Notes under the pieces: model-generated | Seen by the model: only the letters and a program-made list of their open reading frames with translations | The model's database searches: none | Told to the model about the DNA's origin: nothing | Part shown: positions 1-13,234 of the stretch, piece after piece | How the letters are laid out: each line of letters opens with the position of its first letter | How positions within the stretch are numbered: position 1 is the first letter of the stretch | Source of the DNA: an uncultured Ruegeria sp. | GTDB taxonomy: Bacteria; Pseudomonadota; Alphaproteobacteria; Rhodobacterales; Rhodobacteraceae | Direction of reading: 5' to 3' | Assembly (NCBI GenBank): GCA_963422555.2 | Contig: CAXXPZ010000034.1 | Coordinates: 13,069-77,068 of the forward strand | Length of the DNA stretch: 64,000 nt | Made by a program: the position numbers and the translations under genes

Positions 1-64
1 CCATCCCTTGCCGCGCCGGATTGTCAACAGTCTGCAATTACGCGATTTTTCCTTTTGGGCAAAC

Positions 65-91
65 AAAAAAGCCGGGCACGGGCCCGGCTTT
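65..91 (-). terminator. Rho-independent terminator after guaA
   Basis: GCCGGGC-acgg-GCCCGGC hairpin with an A6 run (U-tail on minus strand) immediately past the guaA stop. Confidence 0.7.
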
Positions 92-93
92 GA

Positions 94-1653
<1,560 letters not shown>

Positions 1654-1747
1654 GCTTGGCTATTAGGTCGCAAGTCTTGCTTGTGCAAGCGCAATGACGT
1701 CAAATGCGACCCACAGTTTGATCGGCAATATCAGAGGAACAGGAGAA

Positions 1748-2206
1748 ATGACCGAGATTGCGTTCCGAGCGGCGAAACCAGTGGACTCCGAGGCGATACG
1801 TCTGTGCATCGCCCGGGCCTATGCATCGGCTTTAAGCGACATTGCCGATCTGCCGGACGTGACCAGTGGCATTGAACAGGATATCGCGGCCCACAACGTG
1901 ATCGTGGCCACGGAACGGCAGCATCTTCTGGGAGTGATCATCTTTGACGAAACGCCCGATGCTGTCATGATATTCAACCTGGCTGTCATCCCCGAGGCGC
2001 AGGGGCGTCGCGTCGCGCGTCGCCTGCTGGATCTGGCCGAATCCCATGCTCGCGACCAAAAGCGTGAATTTCTCAGGCTGAAGACGCACAAACTGATGCA
2101 GGACACCCGTTCAGTCTATCGTCATCTGGGCTGGGCCGAGGTTGAAACCACGCAAAACGCGGTGCTTTTGGAAAAGCCGGTGGTTATCGGTGGGGCAGAG
2201 GCGTGA
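1748..2206 (+). CDS. GNAT family N-acetyltransferase
   Basis: NLAVxPEAQGRRVARRLL acetyl-CoA motif A and YRHLGW; AGGAG RBS before ATG 1748. Confidence 0.8.
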   Translation: MTEIAFRAAKPVDSEAIRLCIARAYASALSDIADLPDVTSGIEQDIAAHNVIVATERQHLLGVIIFDETPDAVMIFNLAVIPEAQGRRVARRLLDLAESHARDQKREFLRLKTHKLMQDTRSVYRHLGWAEVETTQNAVLLEKPVVIGGAEA

Positions 2207-2323
2207 ATTGTCCGCGACGCCCCATGTCGCTTTCTCCCCGATTACGCCGTTCTAAACCCTCGGCATTGCGTGGCGATCTTGTAACAATCCAAACAACATT
2301 GACCAAACAGACGGGATAATCTC

Positions 2324-3869
2324 ATGGCAGAGGCAAACACCCGCCGCAGGGCGCGAGGAGGCGGAGGCGCCGCGCGTCGAGCCGAACGCACTGCGGTTGT
2401 CATCGAAACCGCAAAGTACATTGAGCGTAACATTCCCAATTTCGAGGTCCTCAACGAGGAAGCCTTGGAACTGATCGAAAAGAACGCGGAAACCGTGCTG
2501 GAAGAAATCGGCGTCAATTTCGTCGACAACCCGGCCGCATTGGAGCGTTGGCGCGAAGCGGGCGCGGATGTGGATGGTGAACGCGTACGCATCCCGCGCG
2601 GGACTGGCCCGCCAGTTAATCAAGACCGCACCGTCGGAGTTCACCCAGCACGCCCGCAACCCCGAGAAATCAGTGGTGATCGGTGGCCGCAATCTGGTGC
2701 TGGCCCCGGTCTATGGGCCGCCCTTCGTGCGCGACGCCCATGGCGGTCGGCGTTATGCGACCATGGACGATTTCAGCAAGTTCGTGAAACTGGCCTATAT
2801 GTCGAAATGGCTGCACCATTCCGGCGGCACCGTGTGTGAGCCGACAGATGTGCCGGTGAACAAGCGCCATCTGGACATGCTGATGGCGCATATGACCCTG
2901 TCGGACAAACCCTTTATGGGGTCAGTGACCGAACCCAGCCGGGCCCAGGATTCGGTTGAGATGTGCGAGATCCTATTCGGCAAGGATTTCGTGCAGGAAA
3001 ACACGGTGATGACCTCGCTGATCAACATCAACTCGCCAATGACGTTTGACGATGTGATGATGGGTGCGCTTGAGGTTTACGCCAAGAACAACCAGGCGTG
3101 TATCGTCTCACCGTTCATCGTGGGCGGCGCAATGGCGCCGGTATCGGTGGCAGGCACGCTGACGCAGGTTCTGGCCGAGGTTCTGGCCGGCGTCGCCTAC
3201 AGTCAGCTCACCCGTCCCGGCGCTCCGGTGATTTTCGGCGCGTTTGTGTCGTCGATCGACATGAACTCGGGCGCGCCGACGTTCGGAACCCCTGAGGCAT
3301 CGCTTGTCACCTATGGTGCGGGTCAGTTGGCACGGCGTCTTGGGTTGCCGTTCCGGTCCGCGGGCTCTTTCTGCGGGTCGAAACTGCCTGATGCGCAGGC
3401 CGCCTATGAGACCGCGAACTCGCTGAACATGGGGCTGATGGCTGGCGTGAACTTCATGCTGCATTCCTGTGGTTGGCTTGAGGGCGGGCTGGTGGCAGAT
3501 TTTGAGAAATTCGTCATGGATGCCGATCAACTGGGTGTTCTGCACGGTCTGGCCAAAGGCATCGCACACGACGAAAACGCGATGGCGCTGGACGCCATTC
3601 GCGAGGTGGGCCCGGGCGGTCACTATCTTGGCTGCGCCCATACACAGGAAAACTTCAAGCAAGCTTTCTGGAAATCCGAACTGTTGGACTACAAGCCGTT
3701 CGAAACCTGGGAAGAAGAAGGCGGTCGCGATACCCGGACGCTGGCCACGACGCGGGTCGAGCATCTTTTGGCGCATTACAAGCAGCCGCAGCTTGACCCG
3801 GCCGTCCAGGCCGCGCTTGAGGCCTATGTGGCCGAGAAAAAAGCATCCATGCCGGATGCCTTTACCTGA
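2324..3869 (+). pseudogene. mttB: Trimethylamine methyltransferase MttB/MtgB family (non-pyrrolysine), frameshifted
   Basis: ORF 2324 (..RVRIPRG) and ORF 2568 (LARQLIKTAPS..) join if one G of GGG at 2600-2602 is removed; GSKLPDAQA, GWLEGGL and VGPGGHYLG motifs. Confidence 0.85.
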
Positions 3870-4169
3870 TCATTGAAGACGCGCGGCGCGGCTGGCCTGA
3901 TACAGCTGCGCCTCGCCGATCAGCGCGATCATCAGATCAAGATGGCGGACCAGAGAATAGGCCGCGTCGTCTTCCTGACGCTGCGTGTTGACGTCACGCT
4001 CAAGCTCCATCAACCGGATCAGCGCACCACCGGAACCGGGCAGGGATCCGTATCCGAGAATGCGCTGAAGGTGCCGTTCGCGGTCGTAATCCTGCGCCCC
4101 GATCTTGGCTGCGCGGGTCAGCAGGCGGGGGCGGCGAAGGGTGGCAATCATTGTCATCAGGTCCTGCAC
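3870..4169 (-). CDS. gafB: DUF6477 family protein, probable GafB (GTA-associated)
   Basis: LRRPRLLxRAA...Y.R.RHL...YS..RH pattern; divergent from the DUF6456 gene between guaA and lipA. Confidence 0.7.
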   Translation of the reverse strand: MQDLMTMIATLRRPRLLTRAAKIGAQDYDRERHLQRILGYGSLPGSGGALIRLMELERDVNTQRQEDDAAYSLVRHLDLMIALIGEAQLYQASRAARLQ

Positions 4170-4309
4170 AGCGTGTTCCTTTTCGTTTCAAATCGATGCT
4201 GATGGTGTGACACAACCTAAGCGGGTGTTGCCTTGCGTCGCCTCGCGCCGAACTATGGTTTCACGAGTGTTTATCTTTTTGAATCAATTCTGCTGCTTGC
4301 CGTCTGTGA

Positions 4310-4325
4310 TTAACGAACGAGTAAC
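4310..4325 (+). promoter_or_regulatory. Putative CtrA-binding site upstream of gafA
   Basis: TTAA-cgaacga-GTAAC is one mismatch from TTAA-N7-TTAAC; a further TTAAC half-site lies at 4350-4354. Confidence 0.55.
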
Positions 4326-4409
4326 AAAAGCACCTCTAGTTAGATTTGGTTAACTAAGAATCCGACGGCGAACAGTGGCAGTTTGTTTGGTCGACAAGGG
4401 CGAATATCT

Positions 4410-5516
4410 ATGGAAAACAACATGGCTTTCATCGTTCCGGCATGGGTCCCCGAGGGGGCGCAGCGCTATCTGGATCACACCGAGTCCGGTCGATCCATAC
4501 GCGACATAGCGCGGTCTGCTGGGTGCCATGCATCAACCATTCTCAGACAAATCCGCAGGATCGAAATGCGCCGGGATGATCCGTTGGTGGACGCGGCATT
4601 GCAGTCGCTGGCCCAGACACATTTCCCGACATTGGGCGCGCAGGATAAAGGGATTACCGAGGTCGGGCAGGCCACAGATCCGCAAACACCCGGAGATGAC
4701 GAGTTCGACCGCGAGGTCCTGCGCGTGCTGCGTCGCCTATGCGAAACCGGTTCGGTTCTGGCGGTGGCCGAAGACATGGACAAGGCTGTTGTCGTACGTG
4801 ACACCGGCACCAGCAGCAGCACGCGCACCGCCGTGGTCGACTGCAAGATTGCGCAGGCAATGGCGCTGAAAGACTGGATCTCCTGTGACAACCCGGGTCG
4901 CATTTCGCGCTATCGTATTTCCACGTCGGGCCGCGCGGCGCTGAGCCATCTGATTGCCAAATCCGAAAATCAGGCACGCAGCCGCAATGACCACGGCATG
5001 GCCGAAGCCCAGGCCGCGTTCCAACCTTGCGCTGCAGGGGTCGGGGCCACGGGTGGTGAGCGCCCGCGCCGGATGCGATACAGCGCCGCTGAAAGTCCTC
5101 TGATCGCGTTGGCCCGCAGGCGGGATCGGGACGGCAAGCCATTTCTGGACGACAAACTGATCGCCGCCGGAGAACGCCTGCGCGAAGACTTCGAACTGGC
5201 CCAAATCGGACCACAGGTCACCCAGAACTGGGATCGGTTTCTGACCGGTGGCGGCCGTGGTGGTTTCGAGCCCGACGCTTTTGCCGGGCGTGGCTCCTCG
5301 GACGCGCGGGACCGGGTGGCGCAGGCCTTGTCCGATCTGGGGCCGGGTCTCAGCGATGTGGCGCTGCGGTGCTGTTGTTATCTCGAAGGGCTGGAACTGG
5401 CGGAAAAGCGCATGGGCTGGTCGGCGCGGTCAGGCAAGATTGTTCTGCGCATCGCGCTGCAACGGCTCAAGCGACACTATGACGATCAGGCCGAGAGGGA
5501 CCGCCTGATCGGATAG
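4410..5516 (+). CDS. gafA: DUF6456/HTH protein, GTA activation factor GafA
   Basis: N-terminal HTH (SIRDIARSAGCHASTILRQIRR), AESPL..LARR, C-terminal GLELAEKRMGWSARSGKIVLRIAL; guaA-lipA synteny. Confidence 0.8.
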   Translation: MENNMAFIVPAWVPEGAQRYLDHTESGRSIRDIARSAGCHASTILRQIRRIEMRRDDPLVDAALQSLAQTHFPTLGAQDKGITEVGQATDPQTPGDDEFDREVLRVLRRLCETGSVLAVAEDMDKAVVVRDTGTSSSTRTAVVDCKIAQAMALKDWISCDNPGRISRYRISTSGRAALSHLIAKSENQARSRNDHGMAEAQAAFQPCAAGVGATGGERPRRMRYSAAESPLIALARRRDRDGKPFLDDKLIAAGERLREDFELAQIGPQVTQNWDRFLTGGGRGGFEPDAFAGRGSSDARDRVAQALSDLGPGLSDVALRCCCYLEGLELAEKRMGWSARSGKIVLRIALQRLKRHYDDQAERDRLIG

Positions 5517-5576
5517 TTCACGCCAGATGCCATTGGTTTGTCTTGCGGCTTGTGTCGCAAGTGATAGTCAGGGGTT

Positions 5577-6500
5577 ATGAATTTTACGCTGAGACAATTG
5601 CTGTATTTCCGGGCTGTCGCCGAACAACGCAATTTTGGTCGCGCCGCGCAGGTGTGCAACGTATCACAGCCCGCCTTGTCGGTTCAGATCAAAGCGCTGG
5701 AAGAGGCGATGGGCGGGCCGCTGTTTGAACGGCAGGCCCGCGATATCCTGCTGACACCGCTTGGCCGGGATGTTCTGGGACGAGTGCGTCTGGTTCTTGA
5801 GGCTGCTGATGGTCTGGACAGGTTTGCGCGTGATCATTCGGGGGGGCACCGGTCTTTGTCACTGGGCATCATCCCGACGGTTGCGCCCTATCTGTTGCCG
5901 GGTGTACTGGCTGGGCTGCGTTCGGGTGATGTGTCCCTGCGGGTGCAAATCCGTGAGGCCAGAACCGAAAGGCTGTTGTCGATGCTGCGTGCCGGTGAGA
6001 TCGACGCCGCCGTTTTGGCCTTACCGTCCGGCAGGGGGGATCTGTACGAACAACCCCTGTTCGAGGATCAGTTCCTTTTGGCTGGCAGCCCAGAGCGGAT
6101 GAACCAACTGGGTGTCCACCCGGACGCGCTGCGCCCCCTTGATCTGCAGGCCGCGCAATTGATGTTGCTGGAAGACGGGCACTGCCTGACCGATCAGGCG
6201 CTTGAGGTGTGCGGACAAGACAGAACAAGCGGTCAGATCAATATGGGGGCCTCTTCGCTGGCCACTCTGTCGCGGCTTGTCGCCGAAGGGTTCGGGCTGA
6301 CCCTGATGCCGGAACTCGCCGCCCGATCCGAGACTGATGCGGTCCCCGGATTGCGATTGCAGCGCTTTGGCGCGCCGCAGCCATCTCGGACCATTGGTCT
6401 GGTGCGTCGGGCCTCGACGACGTCCGAGGAATGGTATGACAGGTTGGCGCAAGTGATCCGGCAGGTGGGCGAGGGGATCGTGAAAGAAATGCGTAACTGA
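5577..6500 (+). CDS. oxyR: LysR family hydrogen peroxide-inducible activator OxyR
   Basis: LysR HTH; LLEDGHCLTDQALEVC redox cysteine pair; adjacent to a peroxiredoxin. Confidence 0.85.
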   Translation: MNFTLRQLLYFRAVAEQRNFGRAAQVCNVSQPALSVQIKALEEAMGGPLFERQARDILLTPLGRDVLGRVRLVLEAADGLDRFARDHSGGHRSLSLGIIPTVAPYLLPGVLAGLRSGDVSLRVQIREARTERLLSMLRAGEIDAAVLALPSGRGDLYEQPLFEDQFLLAGSPERMNQLGVHPDALRPLDLQAAQLMLLEDGHCLTDQALEVCGQDRTSGQINMGASSLATLSRLVAEGFGLTLMPELAARSETDAVPGLRLQRFGAPQPSRTIGLVRRASTTSEEWYDRLAQVIRQVGEGIVKEMRN

Positions 6501-6544
6501 AAAGGCCCGCTGTTGACGGGCCCTTGATTGATCAACTGACTGGG

Positions 6545-7093
6545 TCAGGCCAGCGCGGGTTCGCGGACCTCGTCCAGATGCTTCATCAGGTTTTCCGGCG
6601 AAGACTCGCCATAGGGATCTTCGGGGCAGTTATCCATCAGGCCAGGCTCTTCGAACCAGGCTTCGACAACGCCGTCGTTGATGATGGCGGCGTATCGCCA
6701 GGACCGCATGCCAAAACCCAGATTGTCCTTGTCGACCAGCATGCCCATCTTGCGGGTGAATTCACCCGACCCATCCGGGATCACCTGAACATTCTTCAGA
6801 CCCTGATCCTGGGCCCATTTGTTCATGACAAAGCTGTCATTAACGGACATGCAGTAGATTGCATCGATGCCCTTTGCAGTGAATTCGGCAAAGCCGTTTT
6901 CAAAACTCGGCAGTTGGTAGGTCGAACATGTGGGCGTGAATGCGCCCGGCAGAGAAAACAGGATCACGCGTTTACCGGCAAAGTAATCGGCGGTGGTCTT
7001 GTCCTCCCAGCGGAACGGGTTGGGGCCCTCGACCGCCGTGTCGCGGACGCGTGTGTGAAAGGTAACCTGCGGTAGCTGTGTGCCGGCCTTCAT
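6545..7093 (-). CDS. Peroxiredoxin (Prx5-like)
   Basis: PGAFTPTCS and VNDSFVM motifs. Confidence 0.92.
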   Translation of the reverse strand: MKAGTQLPQVTFHTRVRDTAVEGPNPFRWEDKTTADYFAGKRVILFSLPGAFTPTCSTYQLPSFENGFAEFTAKGIDAIYCMSVNDSFVMNKWAQDQGLKNVQVIPDGSGEFTRKMGMLVDKDNLGFGMRSWRYAAIINDGVVEAWFEEPGLMDNCPEDPYGESSPENLMKHLDEVREPALA

Positions 7094-7355
7094 GATCAAA
7101 CTCCTGTGATTCACGTTATCTTGAGGATCGGATTAAAACGATTCAAAACGACCTTCAACGGCGGAAATGCTGCATTGGCGAATTGAGTAATGTGTATGGA
7201 AAATGTTTAAGTAGAAAGGGTTAATTCCTCTGCATCGTTGACCCTGCCGCACCTGCATAGTGGCGATGCATAGCGGCCATGCGCTGTTGCTCTGGAGGCG
7301 CGGTGCAAACTATGTTACGCAGATTGGAAATGACCCTAAGTCAGGAAAGCCGCCC

Positions 7356-8306
7356 GTGCGTGATCTGAAAATACCCGAGCAACGTCATCCTGAAAAAGCC
7401 CATCGGCCGGACAATGCCCAGCCGAAAAAGCCCAAATGGATTCGCGTCAAGGCGCCCGGTGGCAAGGGCTATGCTGACACCCACAAAATCATGCGGGAAA
7501 ACAATCTGGTCACCGTCTGCGAAGAGGCCGGATGTCCGAACGTCGGCGAATGCTGGAGCCAGGGCCACGCCACCATGATGATCATGGGCGATATCTGCAC
7601 CCGCGGCTGTACTTTCTGCAACATCGCCACCGGTCGCCCCGACACGCTGGACGCATTCGAACCGGGCCGCGTGGCCCATGCGGTTGAAAAGCTGGGTCTG
7701 AACCACGTGGTGATCACCTCGGTCGACCGCGATGATCTCAAGGATGGCGGCGCCGAGCATTTTGCGCAGACGATCCGGGCTGTGCGCCATCGCTCGCCCA
7801 AGACAACCATTGAAATCCTGACACCTGATTTCATCAAATGTGAACCTTCGGTTCTGGAAGCCGTGGTCGAGGCGCGGCCTGATGTGTTCAACCACAATCT
7901 TGAAACGGTTCCGGGCCTATACCCCGAGGTGCGCCCCGGCGCGCGTTATTTCCACTCGCTGCGCCTGTTGCAGCGTGTGAAAGAACTGGATCCCGCGATG
8001 TTCACCAAATCCGGCATCATGGTCGGGCTGGGCGAGGATGAGCAGCAAGTGCGCCAGGTCATGGACGACATGCGCGCGGCAGATATCGATTTTCTGACAA
8101 TCGGTCAGTATCTGCAGCCCACGCCCAAACATCACCGTGTCGACCGGTTCGTAACGCCGGAAGAGTTCGCGACCTATGAAAAGGCGGCCTTTGGCAAGGG
8201 CTTTCTGATGGTCTCGGCGACGCCTCTTACCCGCTCGTCATACCATGCGGGCGATGACTTTGCCCGCCTGCGCGATGCCCGGCAAAAGAAGCTTAACCAA
8301 GGGTGA
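7356..8306 (+). CDS. lipA: Lipoyl synthase
   Basis: [12 protein letters not shown] and CTRGCTFC clusters, RSSYHA; GTG start at 7356 ([14 protein letters not shown]). Confidence 0.97.
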   Translation: MRDLKIPEQRHPEKAHRPDNAQPKKPKWIRVKAPGGKGYADTHKIMRENNLVTVCEEAGCPNVGECWSQGHATMMIMGDICTRGCTFCNIATGRPDTLDAFEPGRVAHAVEKLGLNHVVITSVDRDDLKDGGAEHFAQTIRAVRHRSPKTTIEILTPDFIKCEPSVLEAVVEARPDVFNHNLETVPGLYPEVRPGARYFHSLRLLQRVKELDPAMFTKSGIMVGLGEDEQQVRQVMDDMRAADIDFLTIGQYLQPTPKHHRVDRFVTPEEFATYEKAAFGKGFLMVSATPLTRSSYHAGDDFARLRDARQKKLNQG

Positions 8307-9455
8307 CACCGCACGATCTGACGTGGCTGACGGACCGCCGCCACGAATTGCACCGACGCCCCGAAATCTCGGGGGAGGAGCAGGAAACAGCTGCGAAAAT
8401 GCGCGACCTGTTGAGTACCTGTTCTGCGGACCGGGTCCTGACTGGCATCGGCGGGCATGGCGTTGCGGCAGTTTTTTAACAGCGGCCAGCCAGGGCCAAC
8501 CGTGGCTGTCCGGTGTGAGTTGGACGGCCTGCCGATACAGGAAACCTCGGATTTATCTTACGCCTCTGAGTGTCCCGGCAAGGGGCATCTGTGCGGGCAT
8601 GATGGCCATATGGTCATGGTGCTGGGCGTGGCACGGGAACTTGGCCGCACGCGCCCGGCGACCGGTTCGGTCGTATTGATCTTTCAACCCGCCGAAGAGA
8701 CCGGAAAGGGTGCGGTTGCTTATCGCGACTATCCGAAATTCGCTGAACTTGCGCCGGATTACGTGTTGTCACTGCATAACCTGCCAGAGTTGAAAAGCGG
8801 GGTTGTCGAGCTGTGCCAGGGGCCTGCCAATTGCGCCTCGCGCGGGATGCGCATTGCGCTGACGGGCAAAACCTCGCACGCGGCTGCACCGCAGGATGGC
8901 GTTTCACCTGCGCAGGCATTGTCTCGGCTGATCCCGGAGTTGACAAGGTTGGGGCAGGGCGATGCACTGAACGATACCTATGCATTGACCACGGTGACTC
9001 ATGCCAATCTGGGGGCCGCGACTTTTGGCGTGGCGCCGGGGCAGGCTGAGTTGTGGGTGACGCTGCGTACCGTGACGGATGCGCGTATGGCGCAATTGGT
9101 TCAGTCAGCCGAATCCGTTGTTCATGCGATAGCGCAGGTCGAAGGATTGCTTGTAAGTATTGAATATGATGATGTTTTTGATGCCTGTATGAATGATGCC
9201 GAAGCTGTTGGTGTCCTGTCTGATGCCTGTGCGACGCAGGGCGTTCCGCTGCAGCTTTCGTCGCAACCTCAACGGTTTTCCGAGGATTTCGGGCAATTTG
9301 CCAAAGGCGCAAAAACCGCGATGTTCTGGCTGGGCGCTGGTGAGGATCATCCGCAGTTGCACAACCCAGATTACGACTTTCCCGACTCGCTGATCCCTAT
9401 CGGTACCGGTGTTTTTCTGGCCGCGATTGAGCGCCTGTTGGGGGTCAGGGTCTGA
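8303..9455 (+). pseudogene. M20D amidohydrolase, frameshifted
   Basis: GTG at 8303 gives RHELHRRPEISGEE..GIGGHGVAAVF then a stop; removing one T from T6 at 8472-8477 joins it to RCELDGLP..HLCGHDGH..FQPAEETG. Confidence 0.8.
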
Positions 9456-9618
9456 ATCGGCCCGGTTCGGTCTTGGCCCAGTCCGGCCACAGGCCAAGAT
9501 ATTCGATCCCTGCAATCATCAGACAGATCAGCAAAACCGCGATCACCAATTTCACCCGCCGTTCCGACGGCGGATTGCGGGCCCATTTTGACATTCGCAG
9601 CAGTTGGAGGATGTTCAT
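9445..9618 (-). CDS. Small (57 aa) single-TM membrane protein, not in ORF track
   Basis: MNILQLLRMSKWARNPPSERRVKLVIAVLLICLMIAGIEYLGLWPDWAKTEPGRFRP; co-directional just downstream of hpt. Confidence 0.6.
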   Translation of the reverse strand: MNILQLLRMSKWARNPPSERRVKLVIAVLLICLMIAGIEYLGLWPDWAKTEPGRFRP

Positions 9619-9633
9619 GGGCAGGGCCTTGGA

Positions 9634-10176
9634 TCAATCCTCGACAAACCGGACTTTGCCGATAAAGGGCAGATTGCGGTTTCGTTGCGCATAGTCGATG
9701 CCGTAACCCACGACAAATTCGTCGGGAATTTCGAAACCGATCCAGTCGGACCGGAAATCGACCTCACGGCGGCTGGGTTTGTCCAGCAGGGCGATTGACT
9801 TTAGCCGTTTTGGCGACCGGCTTTGCATCAGTTGCGTGACGTGGTTCAACGTATGGCCGGTATCGACGATATCTTCGACGACCAACACATCGCGCCCTTC
9901 AATTGCGCCGCGCAAGTCTTTGAGAATACGGACTTCCCGACTGCTTTCCATGGAATCGCCGTACGAAGATGCCTCAAGGAAATCGACCTCGATAGGCAGA
10001 TCAAGTTCGCGCACCAGATCTGCGATAAACACAAAGCTGCCGCGCAGCAGGCCAACGACGACCAGCTTGTCGGTATCCCCGAATTCTGCCGTGATATCGC
10101 GGCATAATTCCTCGATCCGGGCCGCGATTGCCTTGGCCGAGATCATCTCATCTATCACATATGCGCGGTCGCTCAT
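9634..10176 (-). CDS. hpt: Hypoxanthine phosphoribosyltransferase
   Basis: [18 protein letters not shown] motif, FVVGYGIDY; start MSDRAY at 10176. Confidence 0.95.
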   Translation of the reverse strand: MSDRAYVIDEMISAKAIAARIEELCRDITAEFGDTDKLVVVGLLRGSFVFIADLVRELDLPIEVDFLEASSYGDSMESSREVRILKDLRGAIEGRDVLVVEDIVDTGHTLNHVTQLMQSRSPKRLKSIALLDKPSRREVDFRSDWIGFEIPDEFVVGYGIDYAQRNRNLPFIGKVRFVED

Positions 10177-10248
10177 CGCTGCCCCCTTGATCTTTGGCGC
10201 GCAACATACGACATGACGCGCCATTGTCACCTGCAAATACCGAAAGCC

Positions 10249-10695
10249 ATGCCAACCCATTCCGAAACGCGCCACCTGCCATATACCGCCCAGCAAATGT
10301 ACAATCTGGTGGGGGATGTGGCCAATTATCCAGAGTTTCTGCCCTGGTGTGCGGCGGCTCGTATCCGGCGGACTTATACCGCAGGTGAGGGCAAGGTGAT
10401 GGAGGCGGATCTGGTGATTTCGTTCAAGGTGTTCCGCGAACGGTTCGGCAGCCGCGTGACGCTGTTTGATGCGCAAAAGAAGATCGATACCGAATATCTG
10501 GATGGCCCGTTCAAATATATGCGGTCCGACTGGCAGTTCGAGGACGCGCCAGAGGGCGGCTGCAACGTGTCCTTTCATGTGGACTTCGAATTCAAGAATG
10601 CCATGTTGCAGGGGATCATCGGCGTTGTCTTCAACGAAGCCATGCATCGCATCGTCCGCGCCTTTGAAAAGCGGGCGGCTGATCTTTACGGCTGA
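10249..10695 (+). CDS. RatA/PasT (COQ10 START-domain) protein
   Basis: [18 protein letters not shown] and AFEKRA motifs. Confidence 0.88.
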   Translation: MPTHSETRHLPYTAQQMYNLVGDVANYPEFLPWCAAARIRRTYTAGEGKVMEADLVISFKVFRERFGSRVTLFDAQKKIDTEYLDGPFKYMRSDWQFEDAPEGGCNVSFHVDFEFKNAMLQGIIGVVFNEAMHRIVRAFEKRAADLYG

Positions 10696-10733
10696 GGCTT
10701 TACCCCCACGACGCGCACGCTAGACTGCGCCAC

Positions 10734-12029
10734 ATGACGGATTTAACAAACTCTCTTGCTGACTTTGCCGCCGGGCCGGTTTCAACCACCGCGCAGGGCC
10801 GTATCGTGACATCCCTGTCTGCGCTGGACTGGCTTGCCGTGGGGCGCGCAGGCGCTGATGAGCCCGTTTCGCACATCATCCGCGACATGGTTCTGGCCGA
10901 AGGTGGTGCCGGGCAGGCACACCTGTTCGGCGGCAGTGCTGCGCCTTTGCGCGCGGCGGCGTTGGTCAACGGCACGATCTCGCACGCGCTGGATTATGAC
11001 GACACACATTTTGCCCATATCGGCCACCCCTCGGTGGCCGTGTTCCCGGCTGCGCTGGCGGCCGCCGAATTTCTCGACAAACCGGTTGTCGACCTGCTCG
11101 AGGCGGCGCTGGTGGGGATGGAGACGTCGATTCGCATCGGTCTGTGGCTGGGGCGCGGCCATTATCAGGCGGGCTTTCACCAAACCGCGACGGCAGGGGC
11201 CTTTGGGGCGGCTGTGGCGGCGGGACGGGTGATGGCGTTCGATGCGGACCAGATGCGGCAGGTTCTGGGTCTGACCGCAACTCGTGCGGCAGGCCAAAAG
11301 GCGCAGTTCGGCACCATGGGTAAACCATATAATGCAGGGTTTGCCGCGTCGAACGGGGTCGAGGCGGCCTTGCTGATCCGCAGCGGCTTTCAACCCAATG
11401 CCGACGCGATCGAAGGACCAAATGGTTTCGGTGCCTTGCATCTTGGGGCGGATGACACGGCCGGCGCGCTAGCGGGTCTGGGTGATGAGTGGCTGTTCGA
11501 AAGTGTCAGCCACAAGTTTCACGCCTGCTGCCACGGTCTGCACGCCGCACTTGAGGCCGCGCGAGAATTGGACATTGCCGAGCCTGAAGTGGCCGAGATA
11601 AAGATCAAGACGAACCCCCGCTGGATGAGCGTGTGCAACCGGCTGTCGCCGACCACCGGGATGGGGGCGAAATTCTCGTACCGGACGGTCATCGCGATGC
11701 AAGCCCTGGGTCATGACACTGCTTTACCAGACAGTTTTTCAGACGAAGTTTGTACCAACCCGCGCCTGACTTCCCTGCGCGAACGGATATCGGTCGAAGC
11801 TGATGACAGCCTGTCCGAAACACAGGCCCATCTGACGCTGTTGCGCCGGGACGGCGCCCGGCTAGAGGCCCAGCATGATCTGCAGGCGCCTTTGTCCCTG
11901 TCCGACCGCGAAGACCGGGTGCGCAACAAGGCATCGAAATTGATCGGACGCGACCGGGCTGACGAGATCTGGTCAATGCTGCGCACCGGCGGGCGCGCAG
12001 CTGATTTCGCCGCCCGGCTAAACGGTTAA
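10734..12029 (+). CDS. MmgE/PrpD family protein
   Basis: [18 protein letters not shown] and KFHACCH motifs. Confidence 0.88.
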   Translation: MTDLTNSLADFAAGPVSTTAQGRIVTSLSALDWLAVGRAGADEPVSHIIRDMVLAEGGAGQAHLFGGSAAPLRAAALVNGTISHALDYDDTHFAHIGHPSVAVFPAALAAAEFLDKPVVDLLEAALVGMETSIRIGLWLGRGHYQAGFHQTATAGAFGAAVAAGRVMAFDADQMRQVLGLTATRAAGQKAQFGTMGKPYNAGFAASNGVEAALLIRSGFQPNADAIEGPNGFGALHLGADDTAGALAGLGDEWLFESVSHKFHACCHGLHAALEAARELDIAEPEVAEIKIKTNPRWMSVCNRLSPTTGMGAKFSYRTVIAMQALGHDTALPDSFSDEVCTNPRLTSLRERISVEADDSLSETQAHLTLLRRDGARLEAQHDLQAPLSLSDREDRVRNKASKLIGRDRADEIWSMLRTGGRAADFAARLNG

Positions 12030-13063
12030 GTCACGCGCCAGTGCAATGCGAATCCCGGGTCGAACACCGTAACGGGCCCATCGCCGCTTTCGATTTTGGC
12101 CGGGTATTCAACCGGGTCGCCCTTGATCAGCGTGATGGTATCCGCGTTGACCGGCAGGCCATAGAATCCGGGCCCATGAACCGAGGCGAACCCTTCGAGC
12201 TTGTCCAGCGCGCCCTCGCGTTCGAACATCTCGGCCAGCAGAGACATGGTATTCGTGGCCGTAAAACATCCGGCGCAGCCGCAGGCCATTTCCTTGTTGG
12301 CGTCGGTATGGGGCGCGCTGTCCGTTCCCAGAAAGAACCGCGCATCGCCTGATGTGGCCGCAGCCAGCAAGGCCAGACGGTGTTCTTCGCGCTTGGCGAC
12401 GGGCAGGCAGTAGTAATGCGGTTTGATCCCGCCTACCAGAATATGGTTGCGGTTGATGATCAGATGGTGCGCAGTAATTGTCGCCCCCAGATCGGCCGCG
12501 TTGGCTTTGACGTAATCGACGCCGTTCGACGTGGTGATATGTTCCATCACCACACGCAGGCCGGGCGTCGCCTTGCGGATCGGATCCAGAACGCGGTCGA
12601 TGAACACCGCCTCGCGGTCAAAGATGTCGATTTCGGCATCAGTGACCTCGCCATGGACACACATGGGCAGGCCGATCTCGGCCATCTTCTCCAGCACCGG
12701 GCGCACTTTGTCGAAATCGCGCACACCCGAGGCCGAGTTGGTCGTTGCCCCCGCCGGGTACAACTTGACCGCCTTGATCAGCCCGCTGGCATGGGCAGCG
12801 GCCATATCCTCGGGGTCGGTATCCTCGGTCAGATACAATGTCATCAGCGGCTCAAACGACATGTCTTCGGGCAAAGCCGCCAGAATGCGGTCGCGATAGG
12901 CGGCGGCGTGATCACCGCGCACCACCGGCGGCACAAGGTTGGGCATGATGATGGCACGGCCAAAATGACGCGCGGTTTCGGGCAGGACGGCCTGCAGCAT
13001 GGCGCCATCGCGCAGATGCAGATGCCAGTCGTCGGGGCGGCGGATCGTGAGGGTATCGGTCAT
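12026..13063 (-). CDS. pyrC: Dihydroorotase
   Basis: [21 protein letters not shown] and GTDSAPH motifs. Confidence 0.97.
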   Translation of the reverse strand: MTDTLTIRRPDDWHLHLRDGAMLQAVLPETARHFGRAIIMPNLVPPVVRGDHAAAYRDRILAALPEDMSFEPLMTLYLTEDTDPEDMAAAHASGLIKAVKLYPAGATTNSASGVRDFDKVRPVLEKMAEIGLPMCVHGEVTDAEIDIFDREAVFIDRVLDPIRKATPGLRVVMEHITTSNGVDYVKANAADLGATITAHHLIINRNHILVGGIKPHYYCLPVAKREEHRLALLAAATSGDARFFLGTDSAPHTDANKEMACGCAGCFTATNTMSLLAEMFEREGALDKLEGFASVHGPGFYGLPVNADTITLIKGDPVEYPAKIESGDGPVTVFDPGFALHWRVT

Positions 13064-13234
13064 GCCACCCCGCTAGCACAGGCATCGCCGCGGTAAAAGA
13101 CCATCCCTTTCAGGTCGTGAAAGATCAAAAGGACTTGCCAACCGGTCGGATCGCCGTACCTCTCCGCCAGGGATGACGGTCTTGACGCGCGGATGCGGTC
13201 ATGACCTGTTGGGCGCAGTGAAAAAGGGGTCCTC

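Noticed and set aside
2590-2610. Programmed frameshift or pyrrolysine recoding in mttB
   Set aside because: No slippery heptamer or in-frame amber codon at the break; a single extra G explains it
10249-10695. RatA as a toxin-antitoxin system
   Set aside because: No RatB partner adjacent; the family is the COQ10-like ubiquinone-binding protein in its usual lipA/hpt context
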